NCBI GenBank assembly: GCA_045047115.1
Contig: JASFYR010000035.1
Span: 1 to 10,104 of the forward strand
Direction: 5' to 3'
DNA from: Sulfurospirillum sp.
Lineage (GTDB): Bacteria; Campylobacterota; Campylobacteria; Campylobacterales; Sulfurospirillaceae
DNA length: 10,104 bases
The translations under genes and the position numbers were made by a program. Every line of letters begins with the position of its first letter. The first letter of the stretch is position 1. Shown one piece after another: positions 6,697 to 10,104 of this stretch. The notes beneath the pieces are model-generated. The model had not been told where the DNA came from, ran no database searches, and saw only the letters and a program-made list of their open reading frames with translations.

Positions 6697-6741
6697 CTTT
6701 GTGTCAAAGTAACCTTGCTTTGACACAAAGCAAGGTTACTT
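6697..6741. terminator. Interlocked double inverted repeat between convergent yfdX and kdsA; probable (bidirectional) terminator
   Basis: 13-bp perfect IR 6697-6709/6718-6730 and an overlapping 16-bp perfect IR 6707-6722/6726-6741. The A-run at ~6688-6695 gives a U-tract after the first hairpin on the minus (kdsA) strand. Confidence 0.7.
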
Positions 6742-7536
6742 CTCTAAACTATTTTGTATCTTTTTTATATCTTCTATTGCACTGTCCAATGCTTCAAAAT
6801 TGAGCATATTTGGTCCATCGCACAAAGCAGCATCTGGATTTGAGTGAGTTTCAAAGAAAAAACCATCTACCCCTATAGCAGCAGCAGCTCTTGAGAGAGG
6901 GGCCACAAACTCCCTTTTTCCTCCACTGCTCCCACCAATGGATCCTGGCATCTGAACTGAGTGGGTAGCATCAAAAACTACCGGAGCAAATTCGCTCATT
7001 ATCAAAAAGCTTCTCATATCAACTACTAAATTTCCATAGCCAAAAGTGCTACCTCTCTCTGTTAGCCACACTCCGTTTTTTCGAGCAACCTCTTTACCCT
7101 CTTTTTTCACACCTCTGGTTTCTAAAACTTTTTTTACTGAATATCTCATATCAATCGGATTTAAAAACTGCCCTTTTTTGATATTAACTACCGCATCGGT
7201 TTTTGCACTTGCAACCAATAAATCGGTCTGGCGACACAAAAAAGCGGGTATTTGCAACACATCTGCTACCTCAGCCACACTCTTTGGCTGATAACTTTCA
7301 TGAACATCTGTCAAAATTTTAAATCCAAACTCTCTTTTCACCTCATCCAAAAGCTTCAATCCCTCCTGTAGTCCTGGGCCCCTGAAGCTGTTTATACTCG
7401 TCCTGTTTGCTTTATCAAAACTTGATTTAAAATAAAAATCTATGCTCTTGTCTTCATTGTACTTTGTCAATTTTTCTGCCACGCTCATAAGTAGATCTCT
7501 ACTTTCTATAGAGCATGGTCCTGCTATCAAAATCAT
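6736..7536 (-). CDS. kdsA: 3-deoxy-8-phosphooctulonate (KDO8P) synthase, metal-dependent type
   Basis: 266 aa. LIAGPC (metal Cys), [74 protein letters not shown]. Confidence 0.98.
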   Translation of the reverse strand: MILIAGPCSIESRDLLMSVAEKLTKYNEDKSIDFYFKSSFDKANRTSINSFRGPGLQEGLKLLDEVKREFGFKILTDVHESYQPKSVAEVADVLQIPAFLCRQTDLLVASAKTDAVVNIKKGQFLNPIDMRYSVKKVLETRGVKKEGKEVARKNGVWLTERGSTFGYGNLVVDMRSFLIMSEFAPVVFDATHSVQMPGSIGGSSGGKREFVAPLSRAAAAIGVDGFFFETHSNPDAALCDGPNMLNFEALDSAIEDIKKIQNSLEK

Positions 7537-7539
7537 TTA

Positions 7540-8427
7540 CTATCCTTTTGAAACTAATATTCCACCGATTACAACCAGCAGTATACCAAAAAATCCTATC
7601 ATATCAGGCAATACATCACCAAGCATCACTCCTACGAAGATGGAAAAAAGTATCACTGCATAACTACTGGCTCCTACTATACCGGCTTTTGTTTCTCCAT
7701 ATGCTTTTGTCATATATACCTGAGCTAGTGCTGCAAAGCCTCCCAATCCCACTATATATAACCACGAGATTCCACTTGGCAATACAAATGGAGCAGCTAT
7801 AAAATCCAGACTCGGCAATCTATAGTAGTTTGCAATCCACATAAAAAGAGCCGGAAACAGTGAGCCCATCACCATAAATGAGATGACTATGATCCTGGCA
7901 TCATAATATTTCCTGAGTTCTCTCACGCTTGTATATGCCAAAGCAGCTAAAATTCCACTGAAAATTCCTATGATGTCCGTCTTGGAAAAAGTTAAACCAT
8001 TTGGTTTCATAATCAAAACTACACCCAAAAACCCTATAAAAATTGCAATCCAACCTTTTTTATTTATCTTCTCTCCTAAAAACATATATGCAAATATCGC
8101 TGTCCATATAGGCGAAGTTCTTGAAAAAGTCATGGCGTCTGCCAATGTGATATGAGCTATATTATAAAAAAATGCCAATACACCCAAAAGCCCCATAAAG
8201 CCTCTAAAAAACAGCAACCAAAGCTTACCGCCACTCTGTTTTATGGGATATTTGTATATCGTTAAAACCACAAATGCAAGACTGATGATATTTCTAAAAA
8301 AGACAACTTCAACAGAGGACATCTCACGAGAAAGTATCTTTGCAAATGCTCCAACTATAGCAAAAAATAGCGATGCTAAAAGCATATATAAGACACCTTT
8401 GTCGATGTTATTAATAATTTTTTTCAA
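7540..8427 (-). CDS. DMT superfamily (EamA) transporter
   Basis: 295 aa, about 10 TM helices. EVVFFRN, LFFRG..G, SPIWTAIFAYMFLGE, GFLGVVLIMKP, AALAYTSVREL, QVYMTKAY. TTG start with GGGAGAG RBS. Abuts kdsA (TAG-TAA-ATG). Confidence 0.92.
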   Translation of the reverse strand: MKKIINNIDKGVLYMLLASLFFAIVGAFAKILSREMSSVEVVFFRNIISLAFVVLTIYKYPIKQSGGKLWLLFFRGFMGLLGVLAFFYNIAHITLADAMTFSRTSPIWTAIFAYMFLGEKINKKGWIAIFIGFLGVVLIMKPNGLTFSKTDIIGIFSGILAALAYTSVRELRKYYDARIIVISFMVMGSLFPALFMWIANYYRLPSLDFIAAPFVLPSGISWLYIVGLGGFAALAQVYMTKAYGETKAGIVGASSYAVILFSIFVGVMLGDVLPDMIGFFGILLVVIGGILVSKG

Positions 8428-9187
8428 TCAACTCTCCCCTTATGTCTCCAAAGAGTATCACATCTTTCAACACGGCTTTTTCGCAAAAACCCTTCTTATC
8501 AAGCCCAATATAGAGTTCTCCTTTTTTACTTGCAAATATCTTATCACTAAGTATCACTTTCATAAATGTCAAACCTTTCAAATCTCCATCGACAAGCCCG
8601 GCAAACTCCTTTTTGTCCGCAGGATAAAGATCTACCTTGCCAGTATTTTTATCTGCTCCAACAGCATGCAAGATATGATGTTTTTTAATATTTAGTGAAG
8701 GAAAAAGTTTCTTAAAATTAAAGAAGAGACTCAAAAGGTCATTTTTTGCATAAAATTTTATTTTTTCACTATGCTCACTTCTGTTTTTACCTTGTGTTTT
8801 TATCTTTATTGCCAAGACTTTTTTTGTTTTGTGGTTAAATCTATATATAAGAGTGTATCTTTTGATTTCTGTTTTGCTTGTATCGCTCAAAACATCACCG
8901 ACATTGACTTCTCTTTGCACAATCTTTTTATAGATATCTGGCAAAAGCCTGTTATCTTTAATCACTCCTTGACTCTCATACCACTCTTGCCTGTCTCCGC
9001 TTATAAAAGAGGCAAATCCTGTGGATTTGGCATATACTTTTATCTTGTATTTTTTACCCTCTACATGTAGAGATGTTTTCGCTATACCAATTTGTCCAAA
9101 TATCCCAAAACTAACTCTATATGTCGCCATTATATCTTTTGCCCAAACAGAGCTTAAAAAAAGTAAAATAACTATAAAATAACGCAA
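8411..9187 (-). CDS. DUF3108-like exported beta-rich protein
   Basis: 258 aa. Signal peptide (SVWA|K), then Y.VSFGIFG.IG.A, Y.I.V.AKSTGFA, YES.G......L.P..Y, DLLSLFF, and C-terminal FG.IRGELI. TTG start with AAGGGGA RBS. Confidence 0.7.
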   Translation of the reverse strand: MRYFIVILLFLSSVWAKDIMATYRVSFGIFGQIGIAKTSLHVEGKKYKIKVYAKSTGFASFISGDRQEWYESQGVIKDNRLLPDIYKKIVQREVNVGDVLSDTSKTEIKRYTLIYRFNHKTKKVLAIKIKTQGKNRSEHSEKIKFYAKNDLLSLFFNFKKLFPSLNIKKHHILHAVGADKNTGKVDLYPADKKEFAGLVDGDLKGLTFMKVILSDKIFASKKGELYIGLDKKGFCEKAVLKDVILFGDIRGELIEKNY

Positions 9188-9188
9188 A

Positions 9189-9944
9189 CTATCCCCTTAA
9201 ATATGGTGAAAAGATTGAAACTAAAGATGTTAGCACCAAAAGAGACAAAATTATCTTTTTTAATTTCTCTCTATCTAAGAACTCACCCAATTTCACACCC
9301 CAAAGAGTGCCAAGTATAACCAGTGGAGAAAGAGTCAAACCAAGTACAAAAAAGCTCAACAATCTATCGCCAAAATTACAATACAAAAGCACTGCCTGAA
9401 GCGGAGAGGCAAGAAAAAAGAGTGCCGAGAGAAATGCTCTTGTTTTAATAGCACTCCATCTTTGAGCCATCACCCAGATGACAGCCGGCGGACCTCCCAT
9501 GGAGACCAAGCCTAAAGTGAGTCCACTTGTAAAAAAAGCCACAAAAGTCCAAAAATGATTTATAGTTTTTTTTGGCTCAATCTTAATATAAATCTGAGAA
9601 GCGACAACCAAAAGTATGGCAATGCCCACTATCTGTTTTATACTGCTTTTATCAAAACCACTAATCAAAGTCAGCATATAGATGCCGATCGGGATGCTTA
9701 TATACCTATATATCGTGCCTATGCCAACCTCTTTCCAAAGCACATGCGAGCGAAGCTTATAAGTAGATGTAGCTGATTGAAAAAAAATAGGAATAGTAGT
9801 CAAAGATATAGCCTCATCGAGTCCTAGTCCAATCCAAATAAGAAGAGGTATGGCAAATATATTAAAAGCAAAACCCACTATGCCTTGAACAGTGCTACAT
9901 AAAAAGAGGATAATTCCTATAAGAATAATGATAGAGATACTCAA
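9189..9944 (-). CDS. Sulfite exporter TauE/SafE family membrane protein
   Basis: VQGIVGFAF..FAIPLL in the first half and SGLTLGLVSMGGPP in the second half; about 8 TM helices. Start placed at TTG 9944 (upstream GGA). The ORF track's ATG at 9977 is an in-frame alternative without a clear RBS. Confidence 0.85.
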   Translation of the reverse strand: MSISIIILIGIILFLCSTVQGIVGFAFNIFAIPLLIWIGLGLDEAISLTTIPIFFQSATSTYKLRSHVLWKEVGIGTIYRYISIPIGIYMLTLISGFDKSSIKQIVGIAILLVVASQIYIKIEPKKTINHFWTFVAFFTSGLTLGLVSMGGPPAVIWVMAQRWSAIKTRAFLSALFFLASPLQAVLLYCNFGDRLLSFFVLGLTLSPLVILGTLWGVKLGEFLDREKLKKIILSLLVLTSLVSIFSPYLRG

Positions 9945-10031
9945 TCTTTTTCCATTTTTTATGTAAGTATATCCCATAATATGTTAAAATTCTATAATTA
10001 TATGTATTAGACTTGTTGCGATATAGGAATA

Positions 10032-10104
10032 TGTCATAAACTTTACACATTTGTTCATAATCAAGGCGACACGACGCAGGACTAGCCATAGCTAATTCAA
10101 GGAG
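10032..10104 (+). promoter_or_regulatory. Putative promoter/5' UTR of a plus-strand gene starting just beyond the window
   Basis: Phased boxes TGTCATA (10032), TTACACA (10043), GTTCATA (10053); -10-like CATAAT at 10056-10061; the window ends in AAGGAG (RBS-like). The downstream gene is not visible. Confidence 0.4.

Noticed and set aside
7046..9776. Plus-strand ORFs 7046-7291, 7442-7663, 7515-7802, 7970-8155, 8243-8695, 8771-9070 and 9555-9776
   Set aside because: Antisense shadows of kdsA, EamA, DUF3108 and TauE.
9895..10089. 64-aa minus-strand ORF (MASPASCRLD...) as a gene
   Set aside because: No recognisable family, it runs through the AT-rich promoter region and overlaps tauE out of frame. 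It cannot be fully excluded without flanking sequence.
1..10104. CRISPR array, prophage, IS element, integron or defence system
   Set aside because: No regularly spaced repeat-spacer array, and no transposase, integrase, nuclease or phage-like ORF in the window.

Overview
AT-rich bacterial chromosomal segment. Gene content and order point to Campylobacterota (Epsilonproteobacteria); this is an inference. Order: hemB (minus) divergent from ribA-yigZ; a short convergent ORF that looks like an internally deleted DUF1858/DUF2249 gene; a plus-strand run rsmG - PP0621-like Cys protein - conserved hypothetical - hemolysin III family protein - EamA transporter; a separately promoted secreted YfdX-family gene; and a convergent minus-strand operon TauE/SafE - DUF3108 - EamA - kdsA. 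I see no transposase, integrase, CRISPR array, tRNA or rRNA, and no clear novel multi-gene system. The unexplained signals are mostly non-coding: (i) a hairpin-rich 83-bp unit bounded by a 16-bp direct repeat of the hemB 3' end/RBS, which also encodes a mini-ORF; (ii) a multi-hairpin 5' leader plus helically phased boxes upstream of yfdX; (iii) an interlocked X-Y-X'-Y' double palindrome at the yfdX/kdsA junction, where the usual kdsA-ribH-nusB order is broken; (iv) the in-frame deletion fusion ORF; (v) a Pho-box-like promoter at the right edge.
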